Shown: in pieces, positions 1 through 11,232 of the stretch
Position numbering within the stretch: the first letter of the stretch is position 1
Layout of the letters: each line of letters opens with the position of its first letter
Source of the DNA: Octopus bimaculoides
Taxonomy: Eukaryota
DNA: 49,421 nt
Assembly (NCBI RefSeq): GCF_001194135.2
Contig: NC_068983.1
Coordinates: forward strand, 58,277,064-58,326,484
Direction: 5' to 3'
Position numbers and translations under genes: made by a program
The notes under the pieces: generated by a model
Told to the model about the DNA's origin: nothing
The model's input: only the letters and a program-made list of their open reading frames with translations
The model's database searches: none

Positions 1-97
<97 letters not shown>

Positions 98-486
98 CAG
101 ATATATACATTTATATATATACACACATATATATATATAAGTTATATGGATTTAAAAGATATAAAGAGTATAATCTTAGACAATGGAAAAGACAAAAAAT
201 ATTTCTATCATCATTCCTAGCTACATGTGCCGGTTTATGAATGTGTGAGTATATATATGTATATATATGTGTGTGCATGTATAGGCATATATATATGCAT
301 GTGTGTGTACAAGTAGATATACATAAATATATGTAGATATGCATGTATGTATGCATATATATATATATATGTATGTATATATGTATGTACTATGTATGTA
401 TATACATATATATGCAGGAACACGCACACACACAAATAAATATATACATATGTACATATATGTACTATTACACACATACACACACG

Positions 487-534
<48 letters not shown>

Positions 535-640
535 AACATATATATGCATACATATATAGATATGTGTGTGTGTGTGTATATATTATATGTATGTGTGTGT
601 ATGAGTGTGTGTGCACATCTATAGAAAGTGGTGGGTGTAT
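1..640. repeat. Compound microsatellite field (CA/TA/CT/TG)
   Basis: Pure (AC)n at 1-62, followed by (AT)n, (CT)n and mixed TA/CA repeats. Confidence 0.95.
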
Positions 641-708
641 AATAATGTAGGACAAAAATTAAGATAAACACAAGTATAAATTATTAGTTGCTATATCGGT
701 TCCACTGC

Positions 709-874
709 TGCAGTTATTTGGAAATGAATATTGGATGTTCCAAGAACATTTGGATTCTTAACTACAACGTATCTCTGAAACAGAGAATGCAATAAATTCT
801 TCCTCTCCAGATCCATTGAGGTCAGGCATGTGAATGTATAGGGAACAACCAATACTGACTTCCAAATAACTGCA
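709..874. mobile_element. Small MITE-like element with 33-bp imperfect terminal inverted repeats
   Basis: TGCAGTTATTTGGAAATGAATATTGGATGTTCC (709-741) matches the reverse complement of 842-874 at 29/33 positions. Confidence 0.45.
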
Positions 875-1421
875 ATCAAGAAACATATGTAGCAACTAAT
901 AATATATACTGGTGTTTGTCTAAATTTCTACTACATATGTTCTCTGTATTGTAACTAGTAACATTGCTAAGTACTGTGTTATACTAACCACACTTTTGGA
1001 ATCTGACTGGAGAGTAATAATCTATACAGAGTTCTAACTCATACAATTGTGGTCATACACCTATGTACATCTAAACGCAAGATATATAGATAGATAGATA
1101 GATAGACAGGTAGATAGATAGACAGGTAGATAGATAGACAGATAGATATACACATGAATATATAGACATATATATATATATANNNNNNNNNNNNNNNNNN
1201 NNNNNNNNNNNNNNNNNNNNNNNNNNNNNNNNNNNNNNNNNNNNNNNNNNNNNNNNNNNNNNNNNNNNNNNNNNNNNNNNNNNNNNNNNNNNNNNNNNNN
1301 NNNNNNNNNNNNNNNNNNNNNNNNNNNNNNNNNNNNNNNNNNNNNNNNNNNNNNNNNNNNNNNNNNNNNNNNNNNNNNNNNNNNNNNNNNNNNNNNNNNN
1401 NNNNNNNNNNCTGTGTCTCCT

Positions 1422-1456
1422 GTTTCTGATGAAGAGCTTTGCTCGAAATGTAAAAC
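1422..1456 (+). ncRNA. Minimal type I hammerhead ribozyme motif in a Penelope-like fragment (one helix III substitution)
   Basis: GTTT-CTGATGA-A-GAGC ttt GCTC-GAAA-TGT-A-AAAC. Stem I is GTTT/AAAC, stem II is GAGC/GCTC, and the triplet is GUA. Helix III reads ATGT where ACGT is expected. Confidence 0.7.
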
Positions 1457-1560
1457 GCCCTTTCTTTCCTTCTCTGAGCCTCTGCTAATACTGTGCATGT
1501 ACCACATCCTCGCGTTGTGTTTGTTCTTCCTGTTTTTTTTTTATTAATTATATATATATA

Positions 1561-1643
1561 ATAAGTCCTGGGGTCGATTTGCTCGACTAAAGGCAGTGCT
1601 CCAGCATGGCCACAGTCAAATGACTGAAACGAGTAAAAGAGTA
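1561..1643 (+). mobile_element. SINE family B, 3' tail fragment
   Basis: Contains GTGCTCCAGCATGGCCACAGTCAAATGACTGAAAC, shared with the full copies at 15668, 19053 and 45794. Confidence 0.85.
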
Positions 1644-2178
1644 TATATATCAACTCCACTTTCTAGCAGGTAGGCGCCTCACATGCCCTTATGATAAATA
1701 TGAATTTTAATTCTATAGCTATCCAACGCTATTTAATGCCTGCAACCACTTTTGTTATTGTTATTGTTGTTATCAGTTATGCATATTTACTGCTGATAAT
1801 AACAATAATAATATCTATGTAAATATTCGCTTTTGAATATTTACTCCATATTAATATATTTACTCCTGAAGCTGTTCTGAATTTGGTGCAAAACAATTCA
1901 GAACACCAGCAGACTTCAGTATCATAAGTTGAATTTTTTCACTTGGTAAAACTTACTGATGAGACTTAAGGCATTTTCACTAGAACTCAAAATCATGATA
2001 CAACTATATCCAAATGCCAAAGTATATGGCATTAAGCTGCGATAGTATGTTTAAATGCTTTACCTGTTCGGCCCGACTACTGTTGTTATCTGTTGAATTT
2101 TTCAGTATTATTGGTGTTTAGCTGAGGATTTTAACCCAACTTTCTTGCAGGTAAATTCCTCATGTGCCCTTATGATGA

Positions 2179-2236
<58 letters not shown>

Positions 2237-2417
2237 TGACAAGGCCAGCCTTGTCACATTCTGTGTCATGCTGAATCTCCCTCAGAACTACATTAAGGGT
2301 ACACGTGTTTGTGGAGTGTTTAGCCTGTTGCATGTTAACCTCACGAGCAGGTTGTTCCATTGATCGGATCAACTGGAACCCACATCGTCATAACTGGTGG
2401 AGTGCTATATATATGCT

Positions 2418-2703
2418 GAGACCCCTTTCGGTCATGACTGACCATGGGATTGCACCTAGAAAGTTCCCTCCCAGGCACAAGTCCGGGCAAGGTTGTTTAT
2501 GGAAGACCAGCAGTCGCCCATGCATACTGGACTCCTCTCTCCACGCCACCAGTGCTATCCAAGGGAAAGGCAAAGCCGATACAGCCTGGCACCAGTGATG
2601 TCGCAACTCATTTCTACAGCTGAGTGTACTGGAGCAACGTGAAATAAAGTGTCTTGCTCAAGAGCACAACATGTGGCCCGGTTCAGGATTCGAACTAATG
2701 ACC
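2418..2703 (-). mobile_element. tRNA-derived SINE, family D (head partly lost)
   Basis: The minus strand has a B-box-like GTTCGAATCC followed by TGTGCTCTTGAGCAAGACACT (CORE/V-domain-like). A related head fragment lies at 16131-16325. Confidence 0.6.
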
Positions 2704-3390
2704 AAAGCTTTGTGAGTGTGTTANNNNNNNNNNNNNNNNNNNNNNNNNNNNNNNNNNNNNNNNNNNNNNNNNNNNNNNNNNNNNNNNNNNNNNNNNNNNN
2801 NNNNNNNNNNNNNNNNNNNNNNNNNNNNNNNNNNNNNNNNNNNNNNNNNNNNNNNNNNNNNNNNNNNNNNNNNNNNNNNNNNNNNNNNNNNNNNNNNNNN
2901 NNNNNNNNNNNNNNNNNNNNNNNNNNNNNNNNNNNNNNNNNNNNNNNNNNNNNNNNNNNNNNNNNNNNNNNNNNNNNNNNNNNNNNNNNNNNNNNNNNNN
3001 NNNNNNNNNNNNNNNNNNNNNNNNNNNNNNNNNNNNNNNNNNNNNNNNNNNNNNNNNNNNNNNNNNNNNNNNNNNNNNNNNNNNNNNNNNNNNNNNNNNN
3101 NNNNNNNNNNNNNNNNNNNNNNNNNNNNNNNNNNNNNNNNNNNNNNNNNNNNNNNNNNNNNNNNNNNNNNNNNNNNNNNNNNNNNNNNNNNNNNNNNNNN
3201 NNNNNNNNNNNNNNNNNNNNNNNNNNNNNNNNNNNNNNNNNNNNNNNNNNNNNNNNNNNNNNNNNNNNNNNNNNNNNNNNNNNNNNNNNNNNNNNNNNNN
3301 NNNNNNNNNNNNNNNNNNNNNNNNNNNNNNNNNNNNNNNNNNNNNNNNNNNNNNNNNNNNNNNNNNNNNNNNNNNNNNNNNNNNNNNNNN

Positions 3391-3437
<47 letters not shown>

Positions 3438-3606
3438 AGGTAGATAGAGAGATAGATCAATAAATAGACAGAAAGTTATAGATATATATATATGTAAATC
3501 TCTATACATACCTACATACACACACACACACACACGTATATATATAAAATATGTATTATATCCATGCCCACACAGACACCCACGAACACACACTCATATG
3601 TGTGGT

Positions 3607-3686
<80 letters not shown>

Positions 3687-4142
3687 TATTGCACTTAAGT
3701 TTTCAAATAGGAGCAAAGGTCACACCATTGCCAAACGAACTGTCAAATCTATTTCCTATCTCAGAAAAACTAATTAACACAAAGGCGTCTAAAATTCTGT
3801 TTCCTATCAGAGTTACACATGACTAATTATGACCATTAAGCCACAGCAAACTATGTGACACAGCAGCCATTATTTCAGTAAACATATCAAACTATACAGC
3901 GGTGCCAAACCAAACAATACATTATTATTTCCTGAATCAGTAAGGAAGCTGCTAAACAGCCACAGTTTAACAATCTAATAGATAAATCCTACCTTCGCAC
4001 ATTGCCGACTGCATTCCTGAGTAAGCCTGCGGAATGGAATCAGGTGTGGCTATGTTGCTTAGAAGTTTGGTTTCCCAAGTATATGTTCGTGGGTTCTGTT
4101 TCATTGTTTGGCTCCTTGGGCGAGCGAGAGACTTCTGCTGTT

Positions 4143-4299
4143 GGTGCAGGCATGGCTGTGTGGTTAGAAGATTGCTCCTCTACTACATACTTCTGGGTTC
4201 AGTTCCACTGTGTGGCACCTTGGGCAAGTGTCTTCTGCTATAGCCTCAGGTTGATCAAAGCTTTGTGAGTGAATTTGGTAGACAGAAACTGAAAGAAGC
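4143..4299 (+). mobile_element. SINE family B, 5' half (tRNA-like head and CORE-like domain)
   Basis: A-box-like TGGCTGTGTGG, B-box-like GGTTCAGTTCC, and GGCACCTTGGGCAAGTGTCTT resembling the MIR/CORE motif GACCTTGGGCAAGT. Confidence 0.85.
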
Positions 4300-4301
4300 T
4301 G

Positions 4302-4437
4302 GAGGCTGCGAGCTGGCAGAAACGTAAGCACGCCGGGCAAAATGTTCAGTGGTATTTCATCTGTCGCTACGTTCTGTGTTCAAATTCAGCTGAGGTCAAC
4401 TTTGCCTTTCATCCTTTCAGGGTTGATAAATTAAGTA
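4302..4437 (+). mobile_element. SINE family A, 3'-truncated
   Basis: GAGCTGGCAGAAACGTAAGC...TTCAAATTC...CTTTGCCTTTCATCCTTTC...GATAAATTAAGTA, matching the 7595-8676 copies. Confidence 0.85.
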
Positions 4438-4717
4438 TATCATCGTTTAACGTCTGCTTTCTATGCTAGCTCACATTCACACATACACACACACATACAC
4501 ATATACACACACATACATATACACACACACACACACACATATATATACATATATATACACACATACATATACACACATACATATACACATATATGTATAT
4601 ACACACATACACACACACACACATATATATACATATGTATATGTATATGTATATCTAGATTGTAAGATTAGATGCCAAATAGTGTATATGTATGTGTGTA
4701 TGTATAGACATCTATAT

Positions 4718-4799
4718 TCTTTTATTCTTTTACTTGTTTCAATCATTTGACTGTGGCCATGCTGGAGCACCACCTTTAGTCAAACAAGTCAATCCCAGG
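4718..4799 (-). mobile_element. SINE family B, tail fragment running into a gap
   Basis: Reverse complement of the family B tail. Confidence 0.8.
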
Positions 4800-5160
4800 N
4801 NNNNNNNNNNNNNNNNNNNNNNNNNNNNNNNNNNNNNNNNNNNNNNNNNNNNNNNNNNNNNNNNNNNNNNNNNNNNNNNNNNNNNNNNNNNNNNNNNNNN
4901 NNNNNNNNNNNNNNNNNNNNNNNNNNNNNNNNNNNNNNNNNNNNNNNNNNNNNNNNNNNNNNNNNNNNNNNNNNNNNNNNNNNNNNNNNNNNNNNNNNNN
5001 NNNNNNNNNNNNNNNNNNNNNNNNNNNNNNNNNNNNNNNNNNNNNNNNNNNNNNNNNNNNNNNNNNNNNNNNNNNNNNNNNNNNNNNNNNNNNNNNNNNN
5101 NNNNNNNNNNNNNNNNNNNNNNNNNNNNNNNNNNNNNNNNNNNNNNNNNNNNNNNNNNNN

Positions 5161-5478
5161 ACAAAATGGGACAAGAACACAAAACTTCCAGACAGTTAGG
5201 TGATACAAGAAAGGGACAAGAAAACTTCCAGATAGACGATACAAAGAAAACAAGGACAGTTCATTCGGAGTTTTCTCTCTTCAGTCGAGATCCAGATTAT
5301 CTTTACAATTTTGGCTGGTTATTCTCGATATTGCTCCAATCTGGCCAGCCCCAAGGAAAAACTAATTTAAGGGCATTAGATTACTTGGAAGAAAGCAGCG
5401 AATTTCTGTAACAATGTTACAGAAATACAATAAAAATTAAAATAATAACAGGACATAACAACAGATGTTTTTCGACTA
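5161..5478 (-). mobile_element. Probable Penelope-like pseudo-LTR fragment with a decayed hammerhead-like core
   Basis: The minus strand reads CTGAAGA-GAG aaaa CTC-CGAAT at 5261-5284, and there is an internal duplication of GACAAGAA..AACTTCCAGA. The family assignment is inferred. Confidence 0.4.
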
Positions 5479-5789
5479 AGGATGAATTAAATTAAGCTGG
5501 CATGTGTGGATATAAAGCCTTGCGGCAGGTATACAAGATTTCACAGGCACAGGGAGGAATATCGATGTTACACGCACAATGGCCAGCCAAGAAAGAAAGA
5601 TGAGGCTTGGCTGAACACCGGTCATGTGGGAAAAGAAGAGAGAGAGGTAGAGGCAGAGTGACAAAGGAATTAAGGAGGAGCGAGAAAAAATGACAGGGAC
5701 ACAGTGAAGTGAAAAGNNNNNNNNNNAATACACTAAAAAGAACTATAATAAAATACAAAGTAATGATTATTAAAATGTTAGAAAGTCTA

Positions 5790-5943
5790 CTCATATTTGT
5801 CACATATTCCATAAAGTGTTAACCTTGCTGAACCTGGTCTTTGAAGTTCTTCAGTCCATTTATGTCTAACTAACTCTGCCTTCTGTTTTCCAATACTGCT
5901 CGATGATCCACTTTCACTCACCATTGGTCAAATTTCCAGCCAT
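5790..5943 (-). pseudogene. Tc1/mariner transposase N-terminal (DUF4817-like HTH) relic
   Basis: Manual translation gives MAGNLTNGE*KWIIEQYWKTE and, after a frameshift, VRHKWTEELQRPGSARLTLYGICDKYE. This resembles the KWILKQYWKTE...VRRAW.EEF..PP.RLTIYRIRDKFE pattern recalled for this domain. Confidence 0.65.
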
Positions 5944-6155
5944 ATATAGTAAATGTCTGAAATTAGGGACAGTTATTTTATTATGGAGAGAATTAGTTAA
6001 AAAGTACGCAAAAAAAAAATGGTTTTAAATCTCTGAAAGAGAAATATGTAGTAACAGTACCGTACAGTAATTTTTTTTTTTACAGTAAAATTTATTTGCC
6101 AACACAATGTGGCAGTCTAATGCAGGACAATGAAACTACCTTTTAGCTCCAAGTA

Positions 6156-6323
6156 AACATAAAATAATAGAATTTTAACCCCCCAGGAAAACATAAGATA
6201 ATAGAATTTTAGCCCCAGGAAAACTTAAAATAATAGAATTTTAGCCCCCAGGAAAACATAAGATAATAGAATTTTAGCCCCCAGGAAAACATAAGATAAT
6301 AGAATTTTAGTCCCCTGGAAAAC
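6156..6323. repeat. 33-bp minisatellite, about 5 units, resuming at 6531-6586
   Basis: The unit ATAATAGAATTTTAGCCCCCAGGAAAACATAAG is repeated head to tail with no spacers. Confidence 0.9.
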
Positions 6324-6530
6324 CGTTGGAAAACAGTTTATAGCAGAGACTCCATCTAAGAATATCTGAAGAAGGAATTGTATTCCGAAATATCATTGTT
6401 GGACTATAGATAACTAAATTACAACAGGTATATAGTCCATTTTTTGTATTATAGTGCATTGTTGTACCATTCAAAACTTTTTATTCTTTACAAACAATAC
6501 ACAATACTTCAAGCGAACTACAATACTCTC
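6324..6530 (+). mobile_element. Penelope-like pseudo-LTR fragment (ATAT-hammerhead family)
   Basis: Near-identical to 38453-38610 (+) and 40655-40789 (-). Carries CTGAAGA-A-GGAAT tgt ATTCC-GAAA-TAT-C. Confidence 0.65.
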
Positions 6531-7594
6531 ATAGAATGATAGAATTTTAGCCCCTAGGAAAACATAAAATGATAGAATTCTTAACCTAAAATAAATAACT
6601 GGAGAAATGAAAAGAGCTTCCAACTCATATTAAGTATCTGTATACCTACTTTTGCTCCTCCCCTTGTTTATGCAGGTACATCCACATTCTTATATGCCAT
6701 AACAAATTTCACCTATTGTTTCACAAATACACCTAAATAATCCTGATCTGAAAATATAAAATCTTCCCCCACTTCACCCCCTTGTTAGTGATCTCGATGC
6801 TCACATTTTTATACTTGCATTGCATTGTGACACAAATATATAAAATGATATTTCAGGAGATGATATAACATTTCAGTACTCCATTTGCTAGAAATATCAA
6901 CCAAATGTCTTTCAAATCATATTCTCCCATCTTCAAAAATGGAAGGACGCACTGAGTAATGTATTCCATTGTCTAGAAATAAAAGACGGAATTGCCAAGG
7001 CTGGAATGGAACACCTTTAATCAGAGATATCCCTGATTAAGGGTAGCTTGTTGGCAATATAACAATAACAAGAGAGAGAGAGAGAGAGAGAGGGAAAAGT
7101 GTGTGTATGTGAGAGAGAGGGAAAGAGTGTGTGTATGTGAGAGAGAGGGAAAGAGTATGTGTATGTGAGAGAGAGAGAGAAAGCAAAAGAGAAAGAGAGA
7201 GCATTTAGGAGGTTACTGAACTTCCTAAAAATAGCAGCCAAATTTTTCTTAAATCCCATTTTACCACCTTAAAAAAGATGGAAACATTAGATAACATAAT
7301 CATAGATGCCTTTAAAAGAATGAGGCTGTTGGTTACGGCTGGAGTGGCTTTGGTCATAGATCTTCTTAATCAAGATCCACTTGGAGCTGAATAACAACAA
7401 CTACACTACTACACAAGCCACAAATTCTTACCATATTTTTAACAAAAAATCTAACAACAAAAAACACCATTTGGTACAAAAAGAAAAAAAAAAACCTGAT
7501 TCTTTTCGGTGTACCATCTAACTAAAGACACATTAGCACTAACAGAACCTGTATTCATTCACCTATTCCAGAAGAGAACAATATACAACTCCAA

Positions 7595-8676
7595 TAAGGT
7601 GGCGAGTTGGCAGAATCGTTAGCATGCTGGGCGAAATGCTTAGTGGTATTTCACCCATCACTATGTTCTGAGTTCAAATTCCGCTGAGGTTGACTTTGCT
7701 TTTCATCTTTTCAGGGTTGATAAATTAAGTACCAGTTGCATACTGGGGCTGATCTACTTGACTGTCCTCCTCCCCCAAGAATTTTGGGGCCTTGTGCCTA
7801 GAGTATAAACGATTACCCTAAGGCAGCGAGTTAGCAGAAACATTAGCATGCCGGGAGAAATGCTTAGCAGTATTTCGTCTGCTATTACATTCTGAGTTCA
7901 AATTCCGCTGAGATTGACTTTTATTTTTCATCTTTTTGGAGTTGATAAATTAAGTACCAGTTACATACTGGGTCAATCTAATTCACTGCCCCCATCCCCC
8001 AAAATTTTGGTCCTTGTACCTAGAGCAGAAAAGAATCATTAGCATGCTGGGAAAAATGCTTAGCGGTATTTCGTCTGCTGCTACATTCTAAGTTCAAATG
8101 CTGCCGGGGTCAACTTTGCCTTTCATCCTTTCGGGGGGTCTATTAAATAAATACCAGTTATGCACTGGGGTCGATGTAATCAACTTAATCCCTTACCCCA
8201 AATTCAAGACCTTATGCTTCCAGTAGAAAGGATTATTATTAAAAGTGGTGAGCTTGCAGAAATGTTAGCATGTCGGGTGAAATGCTTAGTGGTATTTTGT
8301 CTGTCGTTACGTTCTGAGTTCAAATTCCGCCGAAGTCGACTTTGCCTTTCATCCTTTCAGGGTCGATAAATTAAGTACTCGTTATTCACTGGGGTCAATG
8401 TAATCGACTTAATCCCTTTGTCTGTCCTTGTTTGTCCCCTCTATGTTTAGCCCCTTGTTGGCAATAAAAAAATAAGAAACGTTAGCATGTTGGCTGAAAT
8501 GCTTAGTGGTATTTCATCTGTCCTTACGTTCTGAGTTCAAATTCTGCCAAGATCAACTTTATGTTTCATCCTTTCAGGGTCAATAACTTAAGTACCAGCT
8601 GCATACCGGGGTCAATCTAATCGACTTGCTCCCCCTCCCCTAGAATTTCAGGCCTTGTGCCTAGAGTAGGGAGAAT
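7595..8676 (+). mobile_element. Head-to-tail array of five SINE family A copies
   Basis: Copies start at about 7595, 7819, 8031 (headless), 8241 and 8476 (headless). Each has GAGTTCAAAT (B-box-like) and CTTTCATCCTTT...AAGTACCAG; three different tails occur. Confidence 0.9.
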
Positions 8677-9076
8677 ATACAACTCCCATACAGATCTATA
8701 ATATATACTATTTAATGAGAAATATTTCAGTGTGATTAAATATTAAAAGCTGAGCAAATATATAGTGTGAAAGAATTCTAAAATTACTCAATCTAGACAA
8801 CAATACTTACATTCGATAATAAGACTGTCTCAAAGTACCAAAGAATTCTATTTGGCTGTATTGAAAATTCCAAATCACAGCATGTTTATAAGTTTTGAAG
8901 AAATATTTTCGACATCCATTGTGCTGTGTGATAATAAAGAAGATGATACATAACTCCATTTGAGTCCCAACTGCTAAAAAATGTATGTATGTATGTATGT
9001 ATATATATATATATATATATATATNNNNNNNNNNTTGGAGTGGCATCTTGTGTATGGGTATTATTCTTTTACTGAA

Positions 9077-9139
<63 letters not shown>

Positions 9140-9348
9140 GATAATGATGATAATAATAATAATAACAAATAATAATAAATAAAGAAATAAAGAAAATATG
9201 TCATCATTGAAATTATAATGCAAAATATTAACAGAATCTATGGAACAATGAAAAATTAAAATCAATAGAGAACCAGAATAATTCTTAATTATGAAATTCT
9301 AATGCCACAAATATAATTGAAATTTTTAAAAAGACAAAATAGGTAAAT

Positions 9349-9654
9349 ATTACGCATTGCCAGGAAAGACATTTATTTATTCCAAAGAAGCACAAGACAC
9401 TAATCTCCTTCAAAGTTGGAACCTCTGACTTCAGTCGTCTTGTGGTAGCACTCCAGCCACTTCGTGAAGGTCTCATGGAAGCCCTCTGAAATGAAGGTGT
9501 CCAGTACCCTACAAACTAGGTTTGTACCACACATTCATTGACAATTTCTGGGGCTTCAACACCATTAATTTCTTTTGCCATTGCCCTTAAATGCCATCTT
9601 TTCTTCCATTTATAGCTAAGAATGGCTCCAGTTGCAATTTTTTTTACTATCCAT
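9349..9654 (-). mobile_element. Internally deleted mariner element (N-terminus joined to C-terminus)
   Basis: The minus strand gives IATGAILSYKWKKRWHLRAMAKEINGVEAPEIVNECVVQT*, like a mariner HTH start. It then gives LDTFISEGFHETFTKWLECYHKTTEVRGSNFEGD*, like the mariner C-terminal ..W..C....G.YFEGD*. A decayed TIR-like end lies near 9349. Confidence 0.7.
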
Positions 9655-10575
9655 TATCAACGCTGTAAAATAGAGAATGAACAATTAAGGCTTATATATT
9701 ATAACAGATAACTTAGATTGGTTCTGACCATTATCAGCCCAGGCCATAACTAACTCAACAGCATCATCTGGAAAAAAGTCTTTCAGTTAATTATTTTGGA
9801 ACACCATGGACCACTCAAGCAGGGAGGAGTTGTTGGTTGAGATGTATCCAGGTGTAGGTGGTTTATCCGGTATATGAAAATAAGGAATAAACAATTCCTC
9901 AACTTGTTTTGTCAAACTAAGGATATACGTTGAAGAGACAAGTTGCCAAATATCATCGGTGGAAATCCAACTTTTGACTCAACCTCGTACATTTATATAT
10001 CTTCATTTCATTTCTTAAGAAACTCTCCTCTTGCAAACATATCAACATTCTTAATAAAACCATTTGATACTTAAAAGCTTCATAATTTCTTTTTAGTTAC
10101 AAATATATTTCTATTCAATCAATTTTTCTCAATTGTTAACCAGTTTTCAAATAGAACAATGATTCATCTATAAAACAGAGGGTGGGTGTCGAAAATTCAA
10201 ACTGTCAAATTCCTATTTTAATGTTGAAATTTCGATTTGCAGATTATATTGGAAACTGAGTCTTTAACTGCAAAGAATCTAGACTTTGGGACAAATACTT
10301 TAATCTATCATAATATGGCTCAATGATTTTCTACATAGATTTTTTTTTTTTTTGTGTACAGCTGTCAACATGGAAGATATTGCATTTCACATCAAATACT
10401 GGACAAACAAAAGATAGCTAAAGAACACACGATGAGAAGTTTGGGAATAAACAGGCTTTGATCTAAAAGCATCACTTTCATTTCCCATCTTCTTTATTAA
10501 ATGATACTTCAAAGACATTATGAGAGAATAGATTTTAATTACTGGTTATAAATTATGCATTTAAGTATAATTCAA

Positions 10576-10799
10576 CCCTTTTGTTACTGTATTTCTGTTG
10601 AGATGCTCTGTGATGTTCTTTCAATCAATTTTAAATATAACAAAGAATTTAGTAAAATAACTTAGTTATCATTCAGTTAGTGTTAGGAACATAAACTGTG
10701 ACTAAGGTTTGGTAGATGATTTTAATTCAGTACTTATGGAAACAAAACATTTGTACTACAGAGCCAGAGCTGGTTTCAGCCGGGTTGGTAACAAAAGGG
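10576..10799. mobile_element. piggyBac-type MITE, copy 1
   Basis: TCAA|CCCTTTTGTTAC ... GTAACAAAAGGG|TTAA: 12-bp TIR with CCC/GGG ends and a TTAA-like TSD. Confidence 0.75.
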
Positions 10800-10836
10800 T
10801 TAAGGCCCACCTTATTCTTTCTCTCCCCAACTTGAA

Positions 10837-11061
10837 CCATTTTGTCACCATATTTCTATTGAGATGCTCTGTGATGCTCTTTTCAATCAATTTTAAATAT
10901 AACAAAGTATTTAGTAAAATAAATTAGTTTGCATTAAGCTAGTGTTAGGAACATAAATTGTGACTAAAGTTTGATGGAAGATTTTAACTCAGAACTTATG
11001 GAAACAAAACATTTGTACTACAGGGCCAAAGGCAGTTTCAGCCGGGTTGGTAACAAAGGGG
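10837..11061. mobile_element. piggyBac-type MITE, copy 2 (tandem, same family)
   Basis: TGAA|CCATTTTGTCAC ... GTAACAAAGGGG|TTAA. The interior aligns along its whole length with 10576-10799. Confidence 0.75.
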
Positions 11062-11065
11062 TTAA

Positions 11066-11232
11066 GGTGCAGGCAGGTATGACTGTGCAGTTTAAAAGTT
11101 TGATTCCCAACCATGAGGTTTAGGGTTCAGTCCTACTGCATGGCACCTTGGGCAAGTATCTTCTACTTAAAGCCCTGAGTTGATCAAAACCTTGTTGTAG
11201 ATTTGGTTAGTAGAAACTGAAAGAAGCCCATT
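11066..11232 (+). mobile_element. SINE family B, 5' half
   Basis: GGTTCAGTCC...GGCACCTTGGGCAAGTATCTT...GAAACTGAAAGAAGCCC. Confidence 0.85.

Noticed and set aside
111-671. Overlapping ORFs rich in Y/I/H/T/C/V (and many similar ones across the window)
   Set aside because: These are translations of dinucleotide microsatellites with no coding signal.
6156-6323. 33-bp repeats as a possible CRISPR array
   Set aside because: The units are contiguous with no unique spacers, the context is eukaryotic, and there are no cas genes.
8811-8973. Possible 163-nt minus-strand exon (TTTTTAG acceptor, AAT|GTAAGT donor, one open frame)
   Set aside because: The peptide is unrecognisable and the acceptor abuts a microsatellite. 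An open frame of this length is expected by chance somewhere in 45 kb.
9930-9958. TTGAAGA-GAC..GCC-AAATATC hammerhead-like string
   Set aside because: Two core positions and stem pairing are lost. It is at most a very old relic.
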